A DNA stretch of 63,919 nucleotides, the filler included. It is 10 parts of 10 records of this genome, joined end to end, with 100 filler letters (N's around TTAATTAATTAA, not from the genome) between each part and the next. Parts side by side here need not be neighbours in the genome. Positions count along the whole stretch, not along the records: positions 1 to 9,391 come from SRR31147125_12435; 9 more parts are not named here. One strand, 5' to 3'. Each line of letters begins with the position of its first letter. The first letter of the stretch is position 1. The notes beneath the pieces are model-generated. The model worked only from the letters and a program-made list of their open reading frames with translations, was not told where the DNA came from and did not search any database. The translations under genes and the position numbers were made by a program. Shown in pieces: positions 1 through 9,003 of this stretch.

Positions 1-707
1 ACTCCGCCCATAGCGTTAGTTCCATAAAGAATTGATCCCGGACCCTTTATAATTTCTACTTTTTCAATATCAGAAGAAGCATAACTATCAGGGATTGGAT
101 GTCCGAAAATACCCATAAACTGAGGTTGGCCATCTATAAGAACAAGAACAGGGAATGAACTTCCTGAGCCACCAACACCCCGGATACTAATTTTACCGGC
201 AGATCCAGGAGCTAATCCAAATCCCGAAATTCCGCGTTCTGTAACAAATAAACCTGGAACCTGACTGCTAATAACAGGTAGAACATTCGTTTCTGAACTT
301 TGCTCAATTTGCTTCTGGTTGATCACCGAAATGGTCATTGGAATTTGATCCCGATGTGTATTTATTCGGTTTGCAGAAACAAGAATTTGCTCTTGTTGAT
401 AGGAGGTAGGAATCAACACAAAATCAATTTGTTTCGATTCATTATTTTTAATGTTAATTTGAATTGATTGATTTTCATAACCAACAAAACTAGCACGAAC
501 AGTGTATTGTCCAGCTTCAGTAAGTTTAATCTTATAACGGCCGTGTTCATCAGAAACATTACCATTTTTCTTTTCTGAAATTGCAATTGATGCTCCCGGT
601 AGGACATCACCTGTTTTAGCATCAGTAATAATTCCGTGAACGCTTTGTGAAAATGAAGTATTTATTAGAAAAGTTACAAAGAGAATTGATAAAATAAATT
701 TGCTCAT
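1..707 (-). CDS. TonB-dependent receptor, N-terminal part (signal peptide, CarboxypepD_reg-like domain, plug); runs off the window start
   Basis: Absent from the ORF track because it has no stop in the window. Manual translation from ATG at 707 is open to base 3: MSKFILSILFVTFLINTSFSQSVHGIITDAKTGDVLPGASI...SFVGYE...ISIRGVGG...VLIDGQP...DIEKVEIIKGPGSILYGTNAMGG, which is the classic plug motif. Confidence 0.93.
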   Translation of the reverse strand, partial: MSKFILSILFVTFLINTSFSQSVHGIITDAKTGDVLPGASIAISEKKNGNVSDEHGRYKIKLTEAGQYTVRASFVGYENQSIQINIKNNESKQIDFVLIPTSYQQEQILVSANRINTHRDQIPMTISVINQKQIEQSSETNVLPVISSQVPGLFVTERGISGFGLAPGSAGKISIRGVGGSGSSFPVLVLIDGQPQFMGIFGHPIPDSYASSDIEKVEIIKGPGSILYGTNAMGG

Positions 708-720
708 TACTTACGGTTTG

Positions 721-748
721 GTGACACTTTTTAGGAATATAGTAACAC
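721..748. promoter_or_regulatory. Candidate NikR-family operator upstream of the TonB receptor (GTGACAC-N14-GTAACAC)
   Basis: Two heptamers 21 bp apart (721-727, 742-748), 13 bp upstream of the ATG. The same architecture recurs upstream of nikR. Confidence 0.55.
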
Positions 749-765
749 GATTAGTGTAAAAAATT

Positions 766-1167
766 TTACTCGACCTTACTCATTATTAATTTACCATGTT
801 GAATCCCTTTTACTGATATTAGCTTATCAGACAACTTAGTTAGCTTGAAAGAGGGACCTTTAACGGCAATTATTTCCATACAGTTTTCTGTATTTATATG
901 GAAATATTGAGAAGATAATACAACATCCTGAAATTCACTTTGAAGATCCATCAGTTTGATACGAACATCTTTTTTATGGAAATTATAAACCAGAGTAATG
1001 GCTCCGGCAACAATATTGTCGCACTGCCATTTTTTTTCTACCAGGTTTTTTTCCACTAAAAAACGAAGTGCTTGAGAGCGGTTTGCAAATGCATTATCCT
1101 TTACATACGCATCAAGAGCTTTTAATAGTTCTTCTTCTAATGAAACTCCAAAACGAGTTACAGCCAT
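766..1167 (-). CDS. nikR: NikR-family ribbon-helix-helix regulator (RGS beta-strand class) with a degenerate Ni site
   Basis: TRFGVSL...LLKALD...NRSQALR RHH domain. ACT-like C-terminal domain GAITLVY...CMEIIAVKG...KGIQHGKL. Confidence 0.9.
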   Translation of the reverse strand: MAVTRFGVSLEEELLKALDAYVKDNAFANRSQALRFLVEKNLVEKKWQCDNIVAGAITLVYNFHKKDVRIKLMDLQSEFQDVVLSSQYFHINTENCMEIIAVKGPSFKLTKLSDKLISVKGIQHGKLIMSKVE

Positions 1168-1168
1168 G

Positions 1169-1210
1169 GTGTTATTTTTTATAAAAAACGTGTTACCTTT
1201 TTCAAAAGTA
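1169..1210 (-). promoter_or_regulatory. nikR promoter: Bacteroidota -7 element plus operator-like repeat
   Basis: Minus-strand TACTTTTG at 1210-1203 matches TAnnTTTG. GTGTTAT (1169-1175) and GTGTTAC (1190-1196) lie 21 bp apart between this element and the ATG. Confidence 0.55.
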
Positions 1211-1271
1211 TATAAAATATCTTAGTTTTAAAATTAAATGTAAATAGTTGATTCCTGGATTCTTGATAGGA

Positions 1272-1877
1272 TTACTGAATATTCCAGATTTTGTGTTGCT
1301 GGATAGACAATTCCCATTTCGGATTTTTCATAATGTATTGAATGCATTCTTCAAGGATTTTTTTATCCAATGTCATTTTATCCGAACCTATAAAAACTGG
1401 ACTTAAATAGTAGTGCTGAGCAGACGGTAATTCACTGAGTTGATATTCAGGATAGGTGTGAAAAATACATTTGATTTCAGAAACTCCTGCAGGAAAGTTC
1501 ATTTTAAGTTGATCTGGCGTTACCTGTTTGGGTGAACAAGTGACAAAATCAAGATTTTTAGGAAGTGCTTTGATCCCATTTGTTTCAATTGACTGATAAT
1601 AGCCCAGTTGTTTAAAATAGTCAACAATTTCTTCAGTGAGTTGCAGAGCTGGCTCCCCTCCAGTCCATATTATATATTTACATGGGTATTGGCTGATTTC
1701 TTTTGCAAGTCTTTCCAATGAAAAAGATTCACCAAATTCGAATTCTGTATCGCAAAACCAGCAATTCAGATTGCATTTTGATAAACGAATAAAAATGTTG
1801 GCTGATCCGGCTCTTGATCCTTCTCCCTGCAGAGAATAGAAGATTTCGTTAACAGTTAAATTCACAGATGTTTCCAT
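1272..1877 (-). CDS. queE: 7-carboxy-7-deazaguanine synthase (radical SAM)
   Basis: EIFYSLQGEG...FIRLSKCNLNCWFCDT (CxxxCxxC), TGGEP, IETNG, C-terminal W.LS.QQHK; overlaps queD. Confidence 0.92.
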   Translation of the reverse strand: METSVNLTVNEIFYSLQGEGSRAGSANIFIRLSKCNLNCWFCDTEFEFGESFSLERLAKEISQYPCKYIIWTGGEPALQLTEEIVDYFKQLGYYQSIETNGIKALPKNLDFVTCSPKQVTPDQLKMNFPAGVSEIKCIFHTYPEYQLSELPSAQHYYLSPVFIGSDKMTLDKKILEECIQYIMKNPKWELSIQQHKIWNIQ

Positions 1878-2199
1878 GGCTTTCCTGAATAATAACTTTT
1901 GAACACCAAAACCTTTCTCCTAATTCTTTGAATCCAATTGTATCTGCGATCCAATAGGCGATATTCTCAACAGTTGGAACTGGTATTATATCATTTAAAT
2001 GTTTGTGATCGAGTTTATTGAAAACCTTTTCTTTTAATACATTAAAATCAATTACCATTCCATTCTCCAATGCAGAACAGGATACGTATACATCAATGAT
2101 CCAGTTATGGCCATGAAGATTATTGCATTTGCTATCGTATGGAAGATCTAATTGATGGCTTGCCGATACCTCAAATCTTTTCTTTATTGTCCACTCCAC
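1849..2199 (-). CDS. queD: 6-carboxy-5,6,7,8-tetrahydropterin synthase
   Basis: SASH...CNNLHGHNW, GMVIDF, LDHKHLN, PTVENIA; GTG start. Confidence 0.92.
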   Translation of the reverse strand: MEWTIKKRFEVSASHQLDLPYDSKCNNLHGHNWIIDVYVSCSALENGMVIDFNVLKEKVFNKLDHKHLNDIIPVPTVENIAYWIADTIGFKELGERFWCSKVIIQESHGNICEFNC

Positions 2200-2382
2200 T
2201 CTTCTTTCCTCCTCATCAATTAATAATTGTGATTAATGTTGTTTCTGTTTTCGATTGTAAATTACCGAATCCACGTATAAGTATTTCTTCAATCCTTTTT
2301 TTTGCAAACCTAACAATAATTGCCTAAAAATGATTATCAAAGCCTATTCATGTTAAGCTCTTGTATTCAATCGATTAAAAAT

Positions 2383-2410
2383 AAAAAAAACCTCTCGATT
2401 TAGAGAGGTT
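2383..2410 (-). terminator. Intrinsic terminator after sodN
   Basis: AACCTCTC-6nt-GAGAGGTT hairpin followed by a T8 run on the minus strand, about 30 bp after the sodN stop. Confidence 0.8.
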
Positions 2411-2439
2411 CTAGAATAGTTAACTTATGAACTAGAAAC

Positions 2440-2913
2440 TTAATGTTTATGTTCGTGTTTGTGGAAATAACTGTGTTCAAATTTATGTAGTGTATTTTGC
2501 AGTTTACCAATAATTTCCAAGTCAGTACTTTGTTTTGCTTTCATTGAGAGAACTTGTAGTTGGTGCAATAATGCCAATTGGTTGGTGTATTTGGCGTAAG
2601 CTTCAACATTTGAAGGATCAACTGCTTTAATGCGTTGGTGCAAAAAGTATTGGCTTACAATATCTTGAATCTTTTTGGCATGCTGTTCTTTATTGATTAC
2701 CCAACGAACTAATTGGTTGTAGTTTTTATCGCCTGCTTTTGACAATTCATTTATCTGAATCATTGATTTTTCAATGGTTGCAATATGTTCATCAATTAAT
2801 TGAATACGAACAGAATCACCATAAATTCCACAGGGGATTTCACAATGGGCAAAGCTTTTTTCACTAATAGCAAAACTGCTAACGAAAAATATAAGTACAA
2901 GAAGTTTTTTCAT
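2440..2913 (-). CDS. sodN: Nickel superoxide dismutase with a Sec signal peptide and His-rich tail
   Basis: Ni-hook HCEIPCGIY directly after an S-F-A cleavage-like site; NQLVRWVINKEQHA, QYFLHQRIK; C-terminus HSYFHKHEHKH. Confidence 0.93.
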   Translation of the reverse strand: MKKLLVLIFFVSSFAISEKSFAHCEIPCGIYGDSVRIQLIDEHIATIEKSMIQINELSKAGDKNYNQLVRWVINKEQHAKKIQDIVSQYFLHQRIKAVDPSNVEAYAKYTNQLALLHQLQVLSMKAKQSTDLEIIGKLQNTLHKFEHSYFHKHEHKH

Positions 2914-2998
2914 GGTAGAATGTTTTTTCTGTTTTTAAATTCTACCATTTTAACAAAATTTATTCAAAGAGGTTTAAAGGAAGTCATTTGGAACTTGC

Positions 2999-3238
2999 AG
3001 GCAGTGTCATAATATCAAACATTTTTTATAAAATCCGATGGTTTACAGATATCGCAATCGCGATCAAATTACTTTTGTGCCAGACTCATTAGAAAAATAT
3101 GGTTTAGCAGATGATCGTGTTAGGGTTTATGATGCTTTTATAGATGCATTGGGTGTTAGTTCACTAGGTTTATTGCTAGAAAACAACAAGGTTGGCAATT
3201 CAATATATGACCCTATGTCCATATTTGTGTCAAGTTAG
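2999..3238 (+). mobile_element. IS1182-family relic (left end plus truncated transposase N-terminus)
   Basis: ORF 3038-3238, NRDQITFVPDSLE...DDRVRVYDAFIDAL...GNSIYDP, resembles the IS1182 (DUF772) N-terminus and then stops. AGGCAGTGTCATAA at 2999 resembles an IS1182-type terminal repeat. Confidence 0.7.
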
Positions 3239-3300
3239 ACTTGATCGAAGGTTTGCTCTGCATTGTAAAAAGGAAGGACAACTGAAATTTCTGGGATCAT

Positions 3301-4212
3301 TTAAGCTTGTGTTAATTGTTGAAATACGTTTTCAAGGCTGGATTGCTGCTCATTCATTGTCAATATTTTAAATCCATTTTTTACAGCAAAATCAAAAAGA
3401 AGGGGACGCAAATCAGAGTCTGACGATGCCAACAATAGGTAGGCATTCACTCCTTTAATCTCAATATCTGTAATTGGAAGTCTCTCCTTCAAAATAGACG
3501 GATCAACTACCTGATCAAACTCAACCAGAACTTGCTGTGAGCTTTTTATATGTCCATTCTTTAAAACTTCAACAGAATTATCGGCTATTAATCTGCCATT
3601 ATTAATAATAATAACCCGAGAACAAATTGCTTCAACTTCCTGCATGATATGAGTTGAAAAAAGCACTGTTTTTTCCTGACTAATATTTCGGATCAACGAG
3701 CGAATATCTTCAAGTTGGTTTGGATCGAGTCCGGTTGTTGGCTCATCCAAAATTAGAACTTCAGGATTATGAATCAAGGCTTGTGCCAAGCCAACACGCT
3801 GGCGATAACCTTTAGAGAGAGCTCCAATTTTCTTTTTTTGCTCCAAACCTAATCCAGTCATTTCAACAGCCTCGTCTATGCGTATTTTACGCTGATCCAG
3901 CTTGTAAAATCCAGCTACCATCTCCAGAAATTCTGTCACATACAAATCAGTATACAAAGGGTTATGCTCGGGAAGATATCCCAGTTTTTTTCGAATCAGG
4001 TAATTATTTGAAGAAACCAGAGAGTTATCAATAAAAACTGAACCAGAATCAGCAGTAAGGTATCCGGTAATAATTTTCATTAGAGTAGATTTCCCTGCAC
4101 CATTTGGACCTAAAAACCCGACAAGTTCACCAGCCTTCAATTCAAAATTAATTTTATCCAGTGCTTTTTGAATCCCGTAAGATTTGGTGATATTTTCGAT
4201 ACGAATTGACAT
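3301..4212 (-). CDS. gldA: Gliding-motility-associated ABC transporter ATP-binding subunit
   Basis: MSIRIENITKSYGIQKALD, GPNGAGKST, LSKGYRQRVGLAQALIHNPEVLILDEPTTGLDPNQ; start moved to ATG 4212. Confidence 0.85.
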   Translation of the reverse strand: MSIRIENITKSYGIQKALDKINFELKAGELVGFLGPNGAGKSTLMKIITGYLTADSGSVFIDNSLVSSNNYLIRKKLGYLPEHNPLYTDLYVTEFLEMVAGFYKLDQRKIRIDEAVEMTGLGLEQKKKIGALSKGYRQRVGLAQALIHNPEVLILDEPTTGLDPNQLEDIRSLIRNISQEKTVLFSTHIMQEVEAICSRVIIINNGRLIADNSVEVLKNGHIKSSQQVLVEFDQVVDPSILKERLPITDIEIKGVNAYLLLASSDSDLRPLLFDFAVKNGFKILTMNEQQSSLENVFQQLTQA

Positions 4213-4456
4213 GTTTCTGCTTTTGTTTTCATCAAAAATAAACAAATCAAGTCAAAAATCAGGACTTCAGATTTTATTCAAAATGTCCCATTTTTTCAAA
4301 CTTTTACAGTCTTCGTTCAAAAAATACCGGAAAGAAACATTCAAGAGAGAATTTAATAACGCTTTCTTAGTAGAAAGCAGTGATATTTTCGCAATCCCCT
4401 TTTTATATTTGTTAACTTTAAATTAACTTTGTGCTCTCCAAAAAGAAGGGTTAAAA

Positions 4457-6316
4457 ATGAAAGATCGGAACTTTAATTACATAAAGGATTTGACCAAATA
4501 TAAGCGTCAAACAACATCCATTACAGAAATAGGTAAAGTTCCGCTGGGAAGTGAATATCCCATCCGAATTCAATCGATGACGGATACTGATTCCAGAAAC
4601 ACAGATGCAACAGTTGAGCAGATCATTCGCATTGTAAAAGCGGGGGCTGATTACGTTCGTGTAACAGTAAAAGGGATTAACGATGCCGAGAACCTGAAGA
4701 ACATTAAAAAAGAGTTGGTGACCCGTGGTTATGAAACTCCACTGATTGCTGATATTCATTTTAATCCGAGGCTTGCCGAAATTGCAGCTAAATACGTTTC
4801 AAAAATACGAATAAACCCTGGAAACTTTTACGACAAACGTGCTCGTTTTGAGAAACATATTTATTCTGACCAAGAGTATAAAGAAGAATTACTAAAAATT
4901 GAAGGACAGTTTATTCCTTTTCTCAAGATATTAAAAGATACAAATACAGCTTTACGAATTGGAGCCAACCAAGGTTCTCTTTCAGACCGGATAATGAGCA
5001 GATATGGTGATACTCCTTCAGGTATTTCTGAGTCTGTTATGGAATTCCTTCGTATTTGTAAAAAGGTTGAATTTAATAATGTTGTCATCTCTATTAAATC
5101 GAGCAATACCCGAATGATGGTTTACACCGTTCGTATGCTGAACAAGAAGATGCGTCTGGAGGAAATGGAGTTTCCTCTTCACCTTGGAGTTACTGAAGCT
5201 GGTGAAGGAGAAGATGGACGAATTAAATCTGCAGTGGGTATTGGTGCTTTACTTGTTGATGGAATTGGGGACACAATCCGGGTTTCACTAACTGAAGAAC
5301 CTGAGAACGAAATTCCTGTCGCCAAAAAGATGATTGATCATGTTCGTACATATCGGAATCATGAAGTAATCTCTGCATCGCTTTTTGCCCAAACAAATCC
5401 GTTTGAATACGAAAGACGTTCTGTGCGCCCGGTAATGAATATGGGAGGTAAACAACCTCCTATTGTGCTGGCCGACCTCCGGGAGCGAACCATGTCAGAA
5501 ATTCTTCCTTTAAAAGGAAAACAAATTCCTGAGTACTTCTTAAAAAATGATCACGTTTACGATATTGAAGGCAACAGCTACCCAATTTTAAGTATTGAAG
5601 AATATTTGTTTGGGGGAACTCACTGGGGGCAAATGAAGTTCATCCGCACAAACAAAACCGAGTTTGAACGTTTTATGCGAGACAACCCGGAAATTATTAT
5701 GAAGCTGAAGCAAACTCGCAAAACGGTATTGATCCTTGAGAGTTTCAATAAGAATCCATATGCCGAATTTCGTGCTTTCTTCATGAACCTTGAAACACAT
5801 ATTTGGAAAGTTCCTGTAATTATTCACCGAAAATACAAAGAGGCTCGTCTAGAAAACCTTCAGATTAAAGCATCAATTGATTTGGGAGGTTTATTACTTG
5901 ATGGCTATGGAGATGGAATTTGCTTAAGCAACGATGGGGATAATATTACGTTTACTGATTTAAAGGACTTGAGCTTTTCAATACTTCAGGCAAGTCGTAT
6001 GCGTGTTACCAAAACTGAATTTATTTCTTGCCCGGGATGTGGTCGTACTTTGTTTGACCTTCATGAAACAACCAAAAAGATTAAGGCTCATTTTAAACAC
6101 CTTAATCATCTTAAAATTGGCGTGATGGGGTGTGTTGTTAATGGTCCTGGTGAAATGGGCGATAGTGATTATGGCTTTGTTGGAGCAGGTCCTGGAAATG
6201 TAAACCTTTATAAAGGACAAAGTCTCAAAAAACGCCATATTCCTTATGAAATGGCTGTTTATGAACTGGAAACCCTAATCCGAGAAAATGGGGACTGGCG
6301 AGATCCGGAGGATTAA
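4457..6316 (+). CDS. ispG: HMBPP synthase, long form with insertion domain
   Basis: PIRIQSMT, PLIADIHF, IRINPGN, PLHLGVTEAG, GIGDTIRVSL, ISCPGCGRT, VMGCVVNGPGE. Confidence 0.97.
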   Translation: MKDRNFNYIKDLTKYKRQTTSITEIGKVPLGSEYPIRIQSMTDTDSRNTDATVEQIIRIVKAGADYVRVTVKGINDAENLKNIKKELVTRGYETPLIADIHFNPRLAEIAAKYVSKIRINPGNFYDKRARFEKHIYSDQEYKEELLKIEGQFIPFLKILKDTNTALRIGANQGSLSDRIMSRYGDTPSGISESVMEFLRICKKVEFNNVVISIKSSNTRMMVYTVRMLNKKMRLEEMEFPLHLGVTEAGEGEDGRIKSAVGIGALLVDGIGDTIRVSLTEEPENEIPVAKKMIDHVRTYRNHEVISASLFAQTNPFEYERRSVRPVMNMGGKQPPIVLADLRERTMSEILPLKGKQIPEYFLKNDHVYDIEGNSYPILSIEEYLFGGTHWGQMKFIRTNKTEFERFMRDNPEIIMKLKQTRKTVLILESFNKNPYAEFRAFFMNLETHIWKVPVIIHRKYKEARLENLQIKASIDLGGLLLDGYGDGICLSNDGDNITFTDLKDLSFSILQASRMRVTKTEFISCPGCGRTLFDLHETTKKIKAHFKHLNHLKIGVMGCVVNGPGEMGDSDYGFVGAGPGNVNLYKGQSLKKRHIPYEMAVYELETLIRENGDWRDPED

Positions 6317-6367
6317 AAAGTAATTCTTCCAGAATTTTCATTTCTTCAACTTTCCAAATAATAAGAT

Positions 6368-6886
6368 ATGTTTTTTCATAACGAAGGAATCGATCCATTA
6401 AAGCTGCCTCAATGTGAATCCATTGATTTTCAGCCCTTATTATCCAGTTATAAAAGATTGCAACATATTCAGTCTGTAATTTTTTTTATTGTTTTCCTGA
6501 TTGGAGGGTTTGCGCTCTATAAATTCAATGATTTTCCCAACTTATGGATTATCATCTTTACTTCGGCATTAACCTTATTTTCAGTTTCTAAGTTTATTCT
6601 AATTCAGCTAGGTTTTTCACACAAAGGGTATGCTATTCGAGAACACGATGTTCATTATAAAACCGGTTTTATAAACAGAAAAGTGATTACAATCCCCATT
6701 AACCGAATTCAGCACATGGAAATAATGCAAGGAGTAATTTCAAGAATGCTGAAATTGGCAAAACTAAAACTTTTCACTGCTGGCAATTCATCTTCAGATT
6801 TATCATTAAGAGGTATTTCCCCCGAAACTGCACTGCAGTTAAAAGAACTGTTAACTGAAAAGATTTACCCGGATGGACAAAACTGA
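6368..6886 (+). CDS. Membrane protein with a bacterial PH domain (YdbS-like)
   Basis: Two TM segments, then GYAIRE...TIPINRIQHMEI.QG; overlaps a YdbT-like gene. Confidence 0.82.
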   Translation: MFFHNEGIDPLKLPQCESIDFQPLLSSYKRLQHIQSVIFFIVFLIGGFALYKFNDFPNLWIIIFTSALTLFSVSKFILIQLGFSHKGYAIREHDVHYKTGFINRKVITIPINRIQHMEIMQGVISRMLKLAKLKLFTAGNSSSDLSLRGISPETALQLKELLTEKIYPDGQN

Positions 6887-8357
6887 TTTTTCCAGACCTC
6901 AACGACAATCTCTTTTTGGAATCTTGTTTTTCCTTTTATTTTCCATCAGAAAATCAATTACTGCTTTCTGGCCTTTAGTTGCTCTATATGTAATTAAAGG
7001 CGGAGATAGTATATTTAAAACCTATGGTTATTTAATATTGGCTCTATATTGCCTTTTTTTAGCAGTTCACTCATTCCTTTCTTATCGTTATTTTTTCTTT
7101 TATATTGAAAACAACGAGTTCGTTCTAAAAAAAGGTTATTTGAAGAAAGTAACCGTTACAATTCCTTTTGATAAAATTGTGTCCATAAATCTCAATCAGA
7201 ATTTGTTGCAACAAATCATTGGTGTTGTTGAACTCGAAATTGACTCCGTTGGATCAAAAAATAAGGAGATAAAAATTTCAGCTTTAAACAAAACTATTGC
7301 AGCCGATCTTGAGAAATTACTATCAGCAAATAAGAAGAAAATAACCAAAGAAGAAAGCATTGAAAGTAAAATTGAAACCGTACAAAGTTCTATCGTATTT
7401 AAATACAAAATTTCTGACCTAATTCGTGTTGGGCTAACACGAAATCATTTAAGAGGAATTGCTATTGTTGCAGCATTCGGCTTTAATATTTTGCAACAAG
7501 TTGATGAGATATTTAAAGAAGAAATTGAGACCGCAACCAAACAGACAGAGAACTTCATTGCCAATTCGGACATAGCCATTTTTGTTTCGTTAGGCATATT
7601 CATCATTTTTGTAAGCTTTCTTATTTCAATGATTGAAACCATACTTTTCTACTTCAACTTAACCTTAAAAAAATCGGAAAAAGCTTTTACTCTGACTTCA
7701 GGTTTATTGAAAAGAAAAAATACCACCATTCCTTTTACACGAATACAAGCATTCCGACAAAGCATTAACCCACTTCAGAAGCTTGCGGGTATTTCAACCA
7801 TTTCACTTTCACAAGCCAATAGTTCAGAAAACACAAGGAAAAAAGAAAAAGTAAATATACCGGGATGCAATGCAACAGTTTTTGCAAAAACACGCTCATC
7901 AGTTTTTGGCAAAGTTGGATTTGAAAGTTTTGATACCCTACGTCCACACCATGTTTTTTTTCGACGCAGAATTATATTTAGTGCTATCATCCCTGCACTG
8001 CTTAGTTTATCACTAATGTTTTTAGATTATTGGTTTGCTTTATTCTCTTTCAGTATATTTCTTTTTGGGATCTGGGTGTCATGGTTAAGTTGGAAAAAAC
8101 GTTCATACGAGTTAAATAGCCAATACTTAAAGGTAAACTCAGGCTCTTTCGCAAAACTTACAATTATCGAATACTTTAAAGCTCAAGCAATAACATTAAA
8201 TCAATCGTTCTTTCAACGATTTAGAAATACTGCAACCATTGATGTAATTATGGCTGGAACTTCAGTCTCGATAAATGAAATTACAATGAAACAAGCCATT
8301 GAAATAAAAGATTACATGCTCTATACAATTGAAAGCTCCAGTGAGAACTGGATGTAA
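6873..8357 (+). CDS. Membrane protein with repeated bacterial PH domains (YdbT-like)
   Basis: Three TM-plus-PH repeats (TIPFDKIVSINLNQ, TIPFTRIQAFRQ, EYFKAQAITLNQ). Confidence 0.82.
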   Translation: MDKTDFSRPQRQSLFGILFFLLFSIRKSITAFWPLVALYVIKGGDSIFKTYGYLILALYCLFLAVHSFLSYRYFFFYIENNEFVLKKGYLKKVTVTIPFDKIVSINLNQNLLQQIIGVVELEIDSVGSKNKEIKISALNKTIAADLEKLLSANKKKITKEESIESKIETVQSSIVFKYKISDLIRVGLTRNHLRGIAIVAAFGFNILQQVDEIFKEEIETATKQTENFIANSDIAIFVSLGIFIIFVSFLISMIETILFYFNLTLKKSEKAFTLTSGLLKRKNTTIPFTRIQAFRQSINPLQKLAGISTISLSQANSSENTRKKEKVNIPGCNATVFAKTRSSVFGKVGFESFDTLRPHHVFFRRRIIFSAIIPALLSLSLMFLDYWFALFSFSIFLFGIWVSWLSWKKRSYELNSQYLKVNSGSFAKLTIIEYFKAQAITLNQSFFQRFRNTATIDVIMAGTSVSINEITMKQAIEIKDYMLYTIESSSENWM

Positions 8358-8361
8358 GAGA

Positions 8362-8993
8362 CTACAGGTAATCAATTAGTAGCTCGTTAACGGTCATATC
8401 AGGTTTTAGTAGTGCTGCATGAAGTCCAGTATGCTTAGCTCCTTCAATATTTTCAGCAGAATCGTCAATAAAAAGGGTTTCAGCAGCTTCGATTTCAGCT
8501 TTATTAAGCACAATCTCATAGGATGAAATATCCGGTTTTCTTATACCAAGTTCATGTGAATAAAACGTTTTTGAGAACAGATCATCCAATGAAGAGCCAA
8601 AAGAGTCAAAAAAAGTTTTCTAAAATAGGCAAGATGGATACTATTTGTATTTGAAAAAAGAAACAACTGGTAATTTGTTCTCAAATGCTTTAGAAGCTCA
8701 ATCTTTTCGGGAGCAAAACTGACCAACATTGCACACCAGGCAGCATCAATCTCTTCATCTGTTGATCCGTTTGGGAGCAACGAACGAATTCCTTCCCGGA
8801 ATTCTTCATCAGTTAGCAGTCCCTTTTCCATTTCCAGAAAAACCGGATTCTTATACCCCCATCCTCCTGGCTTTATTGCATCGGTTAATCCCAATTCCTG
8901 AAAAGCACGAACTGATTGATCAATATCTAAATCAAGAAGGACACCTCCTAAATCAAAAATGATGTTTTTAACACCCACAGGTATTTGCTTCAT
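8362..8993 (-). CDS. HAD-family phosphatase (YihX-like); apparent frameshift at A7 run 8608-8614
   Basis: IIFDLGGVL, FSNTN, then in the shifted frame SHELGIRKPD and FIDDSAENIEGA. Confidence 0.88.
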
Positions 8994-9003
8994 AACGACA
9001 AAA

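Noticed and set aside
413..622. 69-aa ORF in the track
   Set aside because: Out-of-frame shadow inside the TonB receptor gene (1-707).
2230..2414. Possible preQ1 riboswitch upstream of queD (AGAGGTTCTAG at 2404; ACGTGGATTCG on the minus strand near 2270)
   Set aside because: The first is on the wrong strand and forms one arm of the sodN terminator. The second lacks the closing P1 strand and the A-rich tail in the right position.
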